This document shows, in pieces, positions 9,171-18,570 of a stretch of DNA of 64,000 nt (position 1 is its first letter; each line of letters starts with the position of its first letter). The stretch is taken from NCBI GenBank assembly GCA_963755995.1, contig CAVWLQ010000002.1:53028-117027 (forward strand), in the 5' to 3' direction. The DNA comes from an uncultured Chloroflexia bacterium (GTDB lineage: Bacteria > Chloroflexota > Limnocylindria > Limnocylindrales > CSP1-4). The notes under the pieces were generated by a model that saw only the letters and a list, made by a program, of their open reading frames with translations, did not search any database and had not been told where the DNA came from. The position numbers and the translations under genes are program-made.

Positions 9171-10511
9171 TCAGCGAGGGCGGACGCGACCCGGCAGTGC
9201 GCCGCTCGGTGCAGCGCTCGCGGCAGGGACCGCAGCCGGCACGCCCAGGGGCACCGCTCCCGGCTCAGGCGGCCGGAGCACGCCCCGGTCCAGCCCGTGC
9301 CGGCGCATCCAGACGAGCGCGCCGGCCCCCACGAGGGCTGACAGCACGCCGCCGACCGCGAGCGAGACGGCCACTCCGAAGACCGAGGCGAGCCCGCCCA
9401 TGACCGGCCCGCCGATGGGGGTCGAACCGGCGAAGACCGTCGTGTAGACGCTCATGACCCGGCCCCGCAGGCCGTCCGGCACCGCCAGCTGCATCGTCGT
9501 GTTGGCGGTCGTGGCCATGAGGATCCCGCCGAAGCCGACCGCGACCATCAGCAGCAACGAGGTCGGGAAGGACCGCGACGCGCCAAGAGCGATCTCGCCG
9601 ATCCCCAGGATGAGCGCGCCGTAGCCGATCCGGCGGATCCGGGTGCCGTTGCCGAACGCGAGCCACAGCGCAGCCAGGAGCGAGCCGACGCCGGATGCCG
9701 CCATCAGGAAGCCGTACCCGGCAGCGTCGCTATCGAGCACACCTTCGGCGTACGGCGGGATGATGACCGTGAAGTTGAGCCCGAACGTCCCGACCAGGCC
9801 GACCACCAGGACGGCGATGAGGACCACCGGGGTCGTCCGGACGTACCCAAGACCCTCGCGCAGCTGGGTCATGACCGCACCGAACGACTCGGGTCGCTCG
9901 ATGCGGGCGGCCGGATGGAGCTCGGACTCGCGCATCGCGAGCAATGCCCCGATCACGGCCAGGAAGCTGACGGCATCGATCACGAAGGCTGCGGCCACGC
10001 CGACCGCCCCGATCACAAGACCGGCGACCGCCGGGCCGATGACCCGTGCGCTGTTGAACATCGCCGAGTTCAGGGCGACCGCGTTGCCGATGTCCTCGCG
10101 CCCGACCATCTCGACCGCGAAGGACTGGCGGACCGGCATGTCGACGGCGTTGACCGTCCCGATGCACAGCGCCAACACGATGAGGAACGGGATCGACGCG
10201 AACCCGGTGATCGCGACGACGGCCAGGATGATCGACAGGCACATCTTGATCGCCTGGGTCGCGACGAGGGTCTGCCGCTTGGGCAGGTTGTCGGCCAGGA
10301 CGCCGGCGAAGAGGCCGAACACGAGGACCGGGATGAACTGGGCGGCCGCGACCACCCCCAGCCACAACGGGTCATGGGTCAGCATCAGCACCAGCCAGGC
10401 CTGGGCGACCGACTGCATCCAGGTGCCGATCAGGGAGATCGCCTGGCCGCCGAAGAACAGCCGATAGTTCCGGTGATGGAACGCAGTCATGCCGCGCTGC
10501 ATCGAGGTCAT
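9171..10511 (-). CDS. MFS transporter (MFS_3/H+ antiporter-like, 12 TM)
   Basis: HRNYRLFFGGQAISLIGTWMQ, DMPVRQSF, NSAMFNSARVIGPA, LRGRVMSVY; its own ATG overlaps the upstream stop. Confidence 0.9.
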   Translation of the reverse strand: MTSMQRGMTAFHHRNYRLFFGGQAISLIGTWMQSVAQAWLVLMLTHDPLWLGVVAAAQFIPVLVFGLFAGVLADNLPKRQTLVATQAIKMCLSIILAVVAITGFASIPFLIVLALCIGTVNAVDMPVRQSFAVEMVGREDIGNAVALNSAMFNSARVIGPAVAGLVIGAVGVAAAFVIDAVSFLAVIGALLAMRESELHPAARIERPESFGAVMTQLREGLGYVRTTPVVLIAVLVVGLVGTFGLNFTVIIPPYAEGVLDSDAAGYGFLMAASGVGSLLAALWLAFGNGTRIRRIGYGALILGIGEIALGASRSFPTSLLLMVAVGFGGILMATTANTTMQLAVPDGLRGRVMSVYTTVFAGSTPIGGPVMGGLASVFGVAVSLAVGGVLSALVGAGALVWMRRHGLDRGVLRPPEPGAVPLGVPAAVPAASAAPSGALPGRVRPR

Positions 10512-12005
10512 GCCGCGGCTCCCGAGGCGACCGTCGTCTCCTCGAACGCGTCGTGCTTGCCGCGCGACGCGGACACGACGGCACCGAGCAGGCTGGCGAC
10601 GACGCCGACGCCGAACGCGATATGGAGTGCCGTGATGAACGGCTCCATGTCGATGCCGTCGGCGCCGACCTGCGAGCCGGAGAAGATGCGCCAGCAGGAC
10701 GGACGGGTCGACCACGCTCGCGACGAGCCCGATCGACAGCGCGATGCTGATGACGAAGCCCGTCTGGGTCAGCATCATCCGCGTCCCGGCGCCCATGCCG
10801 CGCTGCGCCGGGGGCACGACGCCCATCACGGCGCTCGTGTTCGGCGAGATGAAGAGCCCGGAGCCGGCGCCGATGATCAGCTGCCAGAGGGCGAGCTGCC
10901 AGTACGGGGTGTCGACCTGGATGGTCGTCAGCCCGAAGAGGCCGACGGCAGTGACCAGCATCCCGGCCGTGGCCAGGAGCCGCGACCCGATCCGGTCCGA
11001 GAGCGCGCCGCTGATCGGCGACAGGACGAGCAGCCCGATGGCGAGCGGCGCCAGCATCAGCCCGGCCGTGACCGGGTCGTAGCCGCGCGCGCCCTGCAGG
11101 TAGAAGACGAGGAGGAACAGGACCCCGTTCCGTGCCACGCCGTTGAGCAGCCCGGTCAGGTTGCCGAGCGCGAACAGCCGGTTGCGGAAGAGGCCGAGGT
11201 CGAGCAGCGGCGCGGGATGATGCGCCTCGACCCACAGGAACGCCGGCGCTGCGATGACGAACGCGGCGAACCCGCCGATGACCCACGGCGTCGTCCAGCC
11301 GTAGATGCCACCGAACGCGAGCGCCGAGACGAGCCCGCTCAGGCCGATCAGGTAGAGGAAGCTGCCGGCGACGTCGAACCCGGCCCGCTCCGTGTGGCGG
11401 CCCTGTTCGACGAGCAGCAGCGCGGCGGCGATCGTGCCGACGATGCCGATCGGCACGTTGAACCAGAACACGGTCTGCCAGCCGTAGCTCGTCAGCCAGC
11501 CGCCGAGGATCGGGCCCAGGATCAGGCCGGCCCCGACGACCATGGCGTTGATCCCGAGGGCGCGGCCGAGCTCCCGGCGCGGGAACGCGTCGGTCACCAG
11601 GGCCGCCGAATTGGCCATCAGGAACGCGCCGCCGATGCCCTGGACGAGCCGAGCGACGATGAGGAGGACGGCGCTCGGGGCCAGCGCGCACGCGACCGAT
11701 GCGATCGTGAACAACGCGAAGCCGCCGGTGTATGAGCGTGCTCGGCCGACCTGGTCGGCGATCCGACCCGCGTTCAGGACGAGGACGGTCGCCGCCAGCG
11801 TGTAGCCGACGACGATCCACATCAGGCTGAACAGGTCCGTATGGAGGTCGCGCAGGATCTCCGGCAGCGCGATGACGAGCGTGCCCGAGGTGAGGGCCGC
11901 CAGCAGGGCGCCGACGCTCGTGACCCCCAGCACGATCCAGCGATAGCGGTCGCGCGTCTCGCCGGCGATGGCGTGGAGGCCGGCGCTCGTTCCGGAGCCG
12001 TTCAT
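10508..12005 (-). CDS. DHA2 (EmrB/QacA-like, 14 TM) MFS transporter with a +1 indel near 10690
   Basis: Motifs ARLVQGIGGA, GPILGGWL, WVFWFNVPIG-like, LLDLGLFRN. Removing one base restores IFSGSQ...SGAAA* ending at TGA 10510-10508; the span is 3n+1. Confidence 0.85.
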
Positions 12006-12499
12006 CGGGTCGTCTCGCCGGCCGTCTCGCCGGGCACGTCGAGCTCGGCCAGGTGTCCGCGGACGCGGGCGAGCCGGGCCTGGGCTTCGTCGATCATGAT
12101 CGCCAGCCGCGCCGCCTTGGCGTCGAGCAGCGCGATCTGGCGCAGGATCCGCTCCTCCGCTTCGCCGAGGTACTCGCGGCGCTCGACCGGGTCGGTCGTG
12201 GCGCGCAGGCGGGCTCGGTTCCGCTCCCGCGCGGCCTCGTCCTCGAGGAGCTGGCGGATCTGGGTCAGCGAGAAGCCCGCGTCGTCGCGCAGGTCGCGGA
12301 TGAACCGCAGGCGGTCCAGGTCGGACGCGTCGTACAGCCGGTAGTCGCCATCGGACCGGGCGGCCGGCGCGAGCAGGCCGACCTCTTCGTAGTAGCGGAT
12401 CGTCCGCGTGGTCAGGCCGATCTCGGCCGCGACCTCGTTGATCCGGAGCAGGCGGGCGGGCGCGGATGTGGGGGCAGGGGGTGTCGGGGTGTGGGGCAT
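12002..12499 (-). CDS. MerR-family transcriptional regulator (copy 1)
   Basis: LRINEVAAEIGLTTRTIRYYEEVGLL..ARSDGDYRLY HTH followed by a coiled coil. Confidence 0.93.
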   Translation of the reverse strand: MPHTPTPPAPTSAPARLLRINEVAAEIGLTTRTIRYYEEVGLLAPAARSDGDYRLYDASDLDRLRFIRDLRDDAGFSLTQIRQLLEDEAARERNRARLRATTDPVERREYLGEAEERILRQIALLDAKAARLAIMIDEAQARLARVRGHLAELDVPGETAGETTR

Positions 12500-12508
12500 C
12501 TCCCCGGT

Positions 12509-12541
12509 ATCATACCAGAACCTTCACGTTTACGTAAAGGT
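12509..12541 (-). promoter_or_regulatory. MerR-type palindromic operator and -10 box upstream of merR copy 1
   Basis: ACCTTCACGT-TT-ACGTAAAGGT dyad (12520-12541); TATGAT on the minus strand (12514-12509). Confidence 0.65.
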
Positions 12542-12583
12542 CATGCTCGGCGTGGGGCCGGCGCTGCCAGTCCTCGACCAGCC

Positions 12584-13906
12584 TCAGCGGGTCCGTGCGG
12601 CGCCCGGGATCGTCCCACCTGTCGGCGAACCCACCGAACCGCCCGGGACGATCTCCAGGGAGTGCCGGCGCCCCCACGCCAGGGCGGCGACGCCGATCAG
12701 CAGCGACAGCGCGCCGCCGAGCGCGATCGCGAACGGGACGCCCGCCGCCGAGGCCACGGCACCCATCGTCAGCCCGCCGAGCGGCACGGAGACGCTGAAG
12801 GCCGTCGTGTAGACGCTCATGACCCGGCCCCGCAGCTGGTCGGGGACCGCCAGCTGGATGGTCGTATTGCCGGTGGCGGCCATCAGGATCGACCCGAAGC
12901 CGATCAGGACCATGAGCCCGAGGGCGATCGCGAAGTTCCGGTCGACGGCCAGGAGGACGGACGAGACGCCGAGCAGCATGGCCCCGGTCGCCAGGCGGAT
13001 CGGGCGCGGCCGGCCACCGAACACCAGTCGCATCGCCGCCAGCAGCGAGCCGATCCCCGACGCCGCCATCAGGAAGCCGTAGCCGGAGGCGTCGCTCTGG
13101 AGGACCCCCTCGGCGAACGCCGGGATGAGGACCGTGAAGTTCATGCCGACCGTCGCGACGGTGGCGACGACGACGACCGCCAGCAGCACGACCTCGGTCC
13201 GGCGCACGTACGCCAGCCCTTCCGCCAGGTTGTCGATCACGGCGCGGACGGACGTCGGTCGCTCGATGCGGACCAGCGTGTGGAACGACTCCTCGTCCAT
13301 GAGCTGAAGCCCGACGATGACCGCGAGGAAGCTGAACGCGTTGATGACGAACGCCGGCCCGACCCCGAAGGCGGCGATGGCCAGACCGGCGAGGGCCGGG
13401 CCGATGACCCGCGCGCCGTTGAACATGGCCGAGTTGAGCGCGACCGCCGGGCTCACGTCGTCGTGCCCGACGAGCTCCACCGAGAACGCCTGCCGCACGG
13501 GCATGTCGACGGCGTTGGCGATGCCCAGCAGGAAGGCCAGCACCAGGATCATCCAGACCTGGACGACGCCGGTGATGGTCAGCACCGCCAGGATCGCGGC
13601 CAGGATCATCATCGCGGTCTGGACCCAGAGCAGGACGCGGCGCTTCGGGAAGGCATCCGCGGCGACGCCGGCGAACAGCCCCAGGATGATGACCGGGAGG
13701 AACTGCGCCGCGGCGACGATGCCCAGCCAGATGGGATCGTGGGTCAGCTCCAGCACGAGCCACGCCTGGGCGACCTGCTGCATCCACGTCCCGACGAGCG
13801 AGACCGCCTGGCCGGCAAAGAAGAGCCGGTAGTTGCGGTGACGGAAGGGGCTCATCCCGTTCGACTCGGCGAGCCGCGACGGGCTGAGAGCGGCGAGGCC
13901 GATCAT
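12584..13906 (-). CDS. MFS transporter, paralog of 9171-10511
   Basis: Same motifs (FRHRNYRLFFAGQAVSLVGTWMQ, DMPVRQAF, LRGRVMSVY); ATGA overlap with the upstream merR. Confidence 0.92.
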   Translation of the reverse strand: MIGLAALSPSRLAESNGMSPFRHRNYRLFFAGQAVSLVGTWMQQVAQAWLVLELTHDPIWLGIVAAAQFLPVIILGLFAGVAADAFPKRRVLLWVQTAMMILAAILAVLTITGVVQVWMILVLAFLLGIANAVDMPVRQAFSVELVGHDDVSPAVALNSAMFNGARVIGPALAGLAIAAFGVGPAFVINAFSFLAVIVGLQLMDEESFHTLVRIERPTSVRAVIDNLAEGLAYVRRTEVVLLAVVVVATVATVGMNFTVLIPAFAEGVLQSDASGYGFLMAASGIGSLLAAMRLVFGGRPRPIRLATGAMLLGVSSVLLAVDRNFAIALGLMVLIGFGSILMAATGNTTIQLAVPDQLRGRVMSVYTTAFSVSVPLGGLTMGAVASAAGVPFAIALGGALSLLIGVAALAWGRRHSLEIVPGGSVGSPTGGTIPGAARTR

Positions 13907-14412
13907 GTCGGGTCGTCGCGCACGGCCGGGGCGCGATCCGGGTGGGGCGCCGGGCCGCCATCGAGCTCGACCAGGTGGGCATCGAGGTGGCGCGCCCGCA
14001 CGCGTGCCTCGCCGATCATCTCGGCGAGACGGTCGGCCTTGGCCTCGAGGATCTCGATCTGGTGGTCGACGCGTGCCCGGGCGTCGAGGAGGAGGGTTCG
14101 TCGCTCGTTCGGATCGCCGGTCTGCCGGTAGCGCTCGCGATTGCGCTCGCGAGCGGCGTCGTCCTCGAGGAGCTGGCCGATCTGGGCCAGCGAGAACCCC
14201 GCGTCATCACGCAGGCTCCGGATGAACTGCAGGCGGTCGAGGTCGGATGCGTCGTACAGCCGGTAGTCGCCGTCGGACCGCGCGGCGGGCTCCAGCAGCC
14301 CGATCTCCTCGTAGTAGCGGATCGCCCGGGTCGTGAGGCCCGTCTCGGCCGCCACCTCGGTGATCCGCAGCAGTCGCTCCGGGGCGCGCGCAGGCGGTTG
14401 GGCATCCGACAT
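13903..14412 (-). CDS. MerR-family transcriptional regulator (copy 2)
   Basis: Nearly identical N-terminal domain to copy 1 (AARSDGDYRLYDASDLDRL). Confidence 0.93.
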   Translation of the reverse strand: MSDAQPPARAPERLLRITEVAAETGLTTRAIRYYEEIGLLEPAARSDGDYRLYDASDLDRLQFIRSLRDDAGFSLAQIGQLLEDDAARERNRERYRQTGDPNERRTLLLDARARVDHQIEILEAKADRLAEMIGEARVRARHLDAHLVELDGGPAPHPDRAPAVRDDPT

Positions 14413-14429
14413 CGGCTAACGATATCGCA

Positions 14430-14451
14430 ACGTTCACCCTCGCGTAAAGGT
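14430..14451 (-). promoter_or_regulatory. Degenerate MerR operator upstream of merR copy 2
   Basis: ACGTTCACCCTCGCGTAAAGGT aligns with the 12520-12541 dyad and sits at a similar distance from the ATG. Confidence 0.5.
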
Positions 14452-14572
14452 TTGGCCGTAGCGCGCGGGGTGGACGTTCGTCCAGTGCACGTCTCGACGG
14501 TGGTCCGTGGTCGGGATGAGGCAGCCGGCGCGACGATGGGCGCAGTCGAAACAACCTACGGAGACCACCACC

Positions 14573-14833
14573 GTGCTCACCATCGTCATCGTCCTGGGCG
14601 CCATCGCCCTCCTGTTCGTGACCGTCCTCACCTTCGCATCGGTCCGTGTCGACCCCGACGTGTCCACCTGGCCGTCCGCGTTCGTCGTCAGCCGGGCGAT
14701 GCCGCCTCGCCCGCGCGGCGTCCAGGAAGAGGACCTGCCGCCGTTCGTGTTCCGGGATCGCGCTCCCTCTCCCGCGGAAGGCGCGGTCGCGCAGCAGCCG
14801 CTCGCCAGCGGGACCTCCCCCGTCCCCTGCTGA
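14573..14833 (+). CDS. Small single-pass membrane protein, hypothetical
   Basis: GGAG RBS plus GTG; N-terminal hydrophobic helix; PRPRGVQEEDLPPFVF; followed by a GC hairpin. Confidence 0.55.
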   Translation: MLTIVIVLGAIALLFVTVLTFASVRVDPDVSTWPSAFVVSRAMPPRPRGVQEEDLPPFVFRDRAPSPAEGAVAQQPLASGTSPVPC

Positions 14834-14843
14834 ACCCTCGGCC

Positions 14844-14871
14844 GGCCGCCGGTGGCTCCCCGCCGGCGGCC
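14844..14871 (+). terminator. GC-rich hairpin, possible terminator
   Basis: GGCCGCCGG...CCGGCGGCC inverted repeat just after the 14833 stop; only a weak U-tract. Confidence 0.35.
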
Positions 14872-14908
14872 TTCCTGCGGCTTTCCGGCGTGGGATGATC
14901 GCTGACCG

Positions 14909-15979
14909 ATGGATGCGGTCTTCCTCGCTCTCGGTCTGTTCCTGATCATCCTCGCGTTCTGGGATCTCTTCGAGACGGTCATCGTCCCCCGGCCCACGCC
15001 GGGCTGGTTCCGGATCGCCCGGTATGTGGTCCGCGGTTCGTGGCGCGTGCTGCGCGCCACGCTGCGCGGACGGTCCGGCGCGACGCGCGACCGGATCCTG
15101 GGCCTGTTCGCGCCGGCGATGGTCATCGCCCTGCTCGTCTCGTGGCTGACCACCCTGATCGTCGGTTACGGCCTGGTTCTGTACGCGCTGCGCGACGAGC
15201 TCCGCCCGATCCCGACCGACCTCGGCACCGCGGTCTACTTCGCGGCGACGTCGCTCCTGACGCTCGGGTTCGGCGACATCGTCGCGGAAGGCCCGTTGGC
15301 CCGCCTGTTCGCGGCCACCGCGGCCGTGGGCGGGCTCGGTGCCGTGGCGCTCGTCGTGACGTTCCTGTTCTCGCTCTACGGCTCGTACCAGCGCCGGGAG
15401 GTGGAGATCGTCGTGTTGCAGGCGTCAGCCGGGGCGCCGCCGTCCGCCGTGGCGCTGCTCGAGAACTACGCCCAGCTGGACCTCACGAGCCGGCTGCCGG
15501 ACCTGTTCCTCGTCTGGCAGCGCTGGGCCGCCGAGGTCCTCGATTCGCACGTCGCATATCCACTGCTGGGCTTCTTCCGGTCGAGCCACGACAACCTGTC
15601 GTGGATCAGCGCGCTGGGCTCGGTGCTCGACACGGCGAGCCTCGTGCTCACGACCATCGAGGGCGTGCCGCGCGGCGAGGCCAAGGTGTTCAAGCGCGTG
15701 GGCACGCACCTGGTCGAGGACATCTACAACCTCGGCTTCCGCGACGGGGCCGGGTCGGACCTGGATCGTGAGTCGTTCGATCTCGTCTGCGATCGGCTCG
15801 AGGAGGCTGGGTTCCGCCTTGCCCCACGCGACGCGGCGTGGCCGGCCTTCGAGGCCTCCCGGGCGACCTACGCGACGCGTCTCGAGTCGATGGCCGGTTA
15901 TTGGGCGATGCCCGCGACGTCCTGGCTGGGCGACCCGGTCGCTCTCCGCGCGCCGGTGCACCCGGAGATCGACCCGTAG
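14909..15979 (+). CDS. Potassium-channel-family protein (Ion_trans_2 pore plus cytoplasmic C-terminal domain)
   Basis: Pore helix and filter AVYFAATSLLTLGFGD flanked by TM helices; C-terminal SHVAYPLLGFFRS motif. Confidence 0.85.
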   Translation: MDAVFLALGLFLIILAFWDLFETVIVPRPTPGWFRIARYVVRGSWRVLRATLRGRSGATRDRILGLFAPAMVIALLVSWLTTLIVGYGLVLYALRDELRPIPTDLGTAVYFAATSLLTLGFGDIVAEGPLARLFAATAAVGGLGAVALVVTFLFSLYGSYQRREVEIVVLQASAGAPPSAVALLENYAQLDLTSRLPDLFLVWQRWAAEVLDSHVAYPLLGFFRSSHDNLSWISALGSVLDTASLVLTTIEGVPRGEAKVFKRVGTHLVEDIYNLGFRDGAGSDLDRESFDLVCDRLEEAGFRLAPRDAAWPAFEASRATYATRLESMAGYWAMPATSWLGDPVALRAPVHPEIDP

Positions 15980-16903
15980 TCAGGGAGCGCTCGGGCTCGG
16001 GCCCTCGGTGACCTGCGACGTCCTCAGCTCGAGCGGGAACGGCAGCGGATCGCTCTTGAGGATCGCGACGAAAGCGGCGGCTTCATCGGGTCCGAATCCC
16101 GCTAGCCCCCCGCCCGTGATCTGGACCTGGCCGTCGCGGATCTCGTTCTGGATGACAGGTGCGCTGACGACGAAGCCATCGAGCGTGATCGCGAGGTAGT
16201 CGCCGATATTGGCGGCGGTGTAGGCGCCGAATGCCCTGGCGCCGGCTGCGGTCAGGACGAAGTCGATCGCGGGTCGACCGTTCTGGTCGCTGCCGACGCT
16301 GGCGGATGCGATCGCATCGCCAGTGAGCAGTGGTGGGAACGCGGCGAGGTCGAGCGCATCGCCTTCTGTGACCTGTGTCGACCCGAGCGGCACGAACGCG
16401 ACCTCGCCCGCGTGCCCGAGCAACATCGAGATCGGATGGGAATCGGTGACCCCTGGGAGCTCGACGACGACCGTGTCCGAACCCTCGATCGTGACCGTCG
16501 GGTCAACGATGCCGGCGGATGCGAGTCGTGACTTGACGACCGTGACGATGGCTGCCATGTCGGCGGAGGTCGGTGTCGCCCCGGCGACCGGTTTGGCGAC
16601 GAACTCGAGACGGAGGCCGGCGATCGCTGACGCGAGCCCCGGCGACGGCGCCGGCGTCGCGGGTGTCAAGGTGATCACTGCAGGCCGTGGACTCGAGCCG
16701 ACAACGACCGCCACGACTCCGCCCGCGACGAGGACGACCGCTGCCACGAGCAGCCCGAAACGAGATCGACCCACCCTGGCGTGTCGTCCGGCGACCGGCG
16801 CGTCCGGGACTCGCCGGAGAGCATCGAGGAGGCTCGGCGGAGCGGGCGGCAGGGACCCGCGATGGAACGCCTCCCCCAGTCGTCGTTCGAGGTCGTCGCT
16901 CAT
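15980..16903 (-). CDS. Putative anti-sigma factor: N-terminal cytoplasmic segment, one TM helix, SecD P1-like extracytoplasmic domain
   Basis: Coupled (ATGA) to the ECF sigma. SecD-like motifs SRL...G..DPTV..EG.D.VVVELPG, LTGDAI, LAITLDG.VVSAPVIQ..I..G..QITG, LKSDPLP; no SecD membrane core. Confidence 0.7.
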   Translation of the reverse strand: MSDDLERRLGEAFHRGSLPPAPPSLLDALRRVPDAPVAGRHARVGRSRFGLLVAAVVLVAGGVVAVVVGSSPRPAVITLTPATPAPSPGLASAIAGLRLEFVAKPVAGATPTSADMAAIVTVVKSRLASAGIVDPTVTIEGSDTVVVELPGVTDSHPISMLLGHAGEVAFVPLGSTQVTEGDALDLAAFPPLLTGDAIASASVGSDQNGRPAIDFVLTAAGARAFGAYTAANIGDYLAITLDGFVVSAPVIQNEIRDGQVQITGGGLAGFGPDEAAAFVAILKSDPLPFPLELRTSQVTEGPSPSAP

Positions 16904-17466
16904 CGACCTGCCTCCTGCCCGTCCGGCGCCAGAGCGTCGTGGAGCCTCTCAAGAGCCCGATGGAGTCTCGATTTCACCGTCCCGAGCGGCCACCCCAGCC
17001 GCTCGGCGATCGCGTCGAGCGGGAGGTCTGCCCAGAAGCGCAGGACGACGACGATCCGCTCATCCGGGCTCAGGCGGATGAGACCGGCGAGCAGCGCGTC
17101 GCGCTCGATGAACTCGGCGAACGGATCGCGACCGGCTGGGTCGATCCCAACGTCGATCGGGACGAACCGCACGATCTTTCGCCGGCGAAGCCGATCGCGG
17201 CAGCCGTTGACCAGGATCCGATCGAACCACGCTTCGAACCTGTCCGCCTCGCGGAGGGTCCCGAACGACTGCCATGCCACCACGAGGGCGTCCTGGACCG
17301 CATCCTCGGCCTCATGCGCATCAGCGAGGAGCAGCCCGGCGAGCCGGTACGCACGATCGAGCGCCGGGCGTGATGCACCGAGAAATGTGGCGTTGCGGGA
17401 CGCGTCGGCTTCGGAGCCGGCGATCTCGGCGGGCGGAGCGTCCACGGGCAGCGCCAGGAGTCTCAT
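16900..17466 (-). CDS. ECF (sigma-70 group 4) RNA polymerase sigma factor
   Basis: Region 2 AEDAVQDALVVAW..FEAWFDRILVN; region 4 ERIVVVLRF..IAERLGWPLGTVKSRLHRA. Confidence 0.92.
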   Translation of the reverse strand: MRLLALPVDAPPAEIAGSEADASRNATFLGASRPALDRAYRLAGLLLADAHEAEDAVQDALVVAWQSFGTLREADRFEAWFDRILVNGCRDRLRRRKIVRFVPIDVGIDPAGRDPFAEFIERDALLAGLIRLSPDERIVVVLRFWADLPLDAIAERLGWPLGTVKSRLHRALERLHDALAPDGQEAGR

Positions 17467-17476
17467 GTCGACAGTC

Positions 17477-17503
17477 CAGACGAACGGCATGCCCGAAAGG
17501 TTC
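17477..17503 (-). promoter_or_regulatory. Putative autoregulated ECF promoter
   Basis: Minus strand GAACC-N16-CGTC(TG), the classic ECF -35/-10 layout, just upstream of the sigma ATG. Confidence 0.5.
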
Positions 17504-17532
17504 TCGCCTGGATGAGCTCGGCTTCTCGCGCT

Positions 17533-18513
17533 TCAGTCGAGCGTGAAGTCGTCCGGGTCCTGATAGCGGCCGGTCCGCTGGAACTCGATCTGCATGAGGA
17601 CGTCGTTGAGCAGGCTGGACGCCCCGAACCGGAACCAGTCGGGCGACATCCAGCGCGGGCCGAGGGTCTCGTACAGGATCACGAGGTACTGGATCGCCTC
17701 TTTCGCGGTCCGGATCCCGCCGGCGGGCTTCATCCCGATCTGCCGTCCCGTCGAGCGCTCGAAGTCGCGGATCGCCTCGAGCATGACCAGCGTGACCGGC
17801 ATCGTGGCCGCCGGCGACACCTTGCCCGTCGAGGTCTTGATGAAGTCCGCGCCGGCTGCCATGGCCAGCACCGACGCACGCCGGACGTTGTCGTAGGTCT
17901 CCAGCTCGCCCGTCTCGAGGATCACCTTGAGGTGCGCCTCGCCGGCCGCCTCCTTGACCTCGACGATCTCCTCGAAGACGGTCAGGTAGTCGCCCGACAG
18001 GAAGGCGCCGCGGTCGATGACCATGTCGACCTCGTCGGCGCCGGCCTCGACGGCCGCGCGGGTCTCGGCGATCTTGATGTCACGGAACGTCTGGCCGGAC
18101 GGGAATCCGGTCGCGACGCTGGCGACCTTCACGGTCGACCCGCGGAGCGCGTCCTTGGCTTCCGCGACGAGCGCCGGATAGACGCACACCGCCGCCACGG
18201 ACGGGATGGTGGCGTCGCCCGGCTGCGGGCGCATCGCCTTCACGCACATCGCGCGGATCTTGCCCGGCGTGTCCTTCCCCTCGAGGGTGGTGAGGTCCAT
18301 CATCGAGATCGCGAGCTCGAGCGCCCACACCTTCGACGCCTTCTTGATCGAGCGCCGCTTGAGCGAATCGACCCGCTCCTCGACTCCGACCTGGTCGACC
18401 GCGGTGACCCGCCCGAGCAGGCTGCCGAGGGGCCCCGGGCGACCGTCCCAGGCACGGATCAGCTCGTTCGCGCGCTCGCGCGTGGGTGACTCGGGGCGTC
18501 GCGTGGCGGTCAT
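17533..18513 (-). CDS. deoC: Deoxyribose-phosphate aldolase
   Basis: MDLTTLEG.DT, VASVATGFPSG, EVDMVI, LKVILETGEL, FIKTSTGK, KPAGGIR, RFGASSLL. Confidence 0.95.
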   Translation of the reverse strand: MTATRRPESPTRERANELIRAWDGRPGPLGSLLGRVTAVDQVGVEERVDSLKRRSIKKASKVWALELAISMMDLTTLEGKDTPGKIRAMCVKAMRPQPGDATIPSVAAVCVYPALVAEAKDALRGSTVKVASVATGFPSGQTFRDIKIAETRAAVEAGADEVDMVIDRGAFLSGDYLTVFEEIVEVKEAAGEAHLKVILETGELETYDNVRRASVLAMAAGADFIKTSTGKVSPAATMPVTLVMLEAIRDFERSTGRQIGMKPAGGIRTAKEAIQYLVILYETLGPRWMSPDWFRFGASSLLNDVLMQIEFQRTGRYQDPDDFTLD

Positions 18514-18570
18514 GGGACGCGAAGGATACACCTCGGCCCACGAGGGGCCGGACGAGGTCGCGACCCTCGC

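Noticed and set aside
9171-12005. Apparent 944-aa double-MFS fusion
   Set aside because: One extra base near 10690 explains it. The corrected frame gives a normal final TM helix and a stop overlapping the second gene's own ATG.
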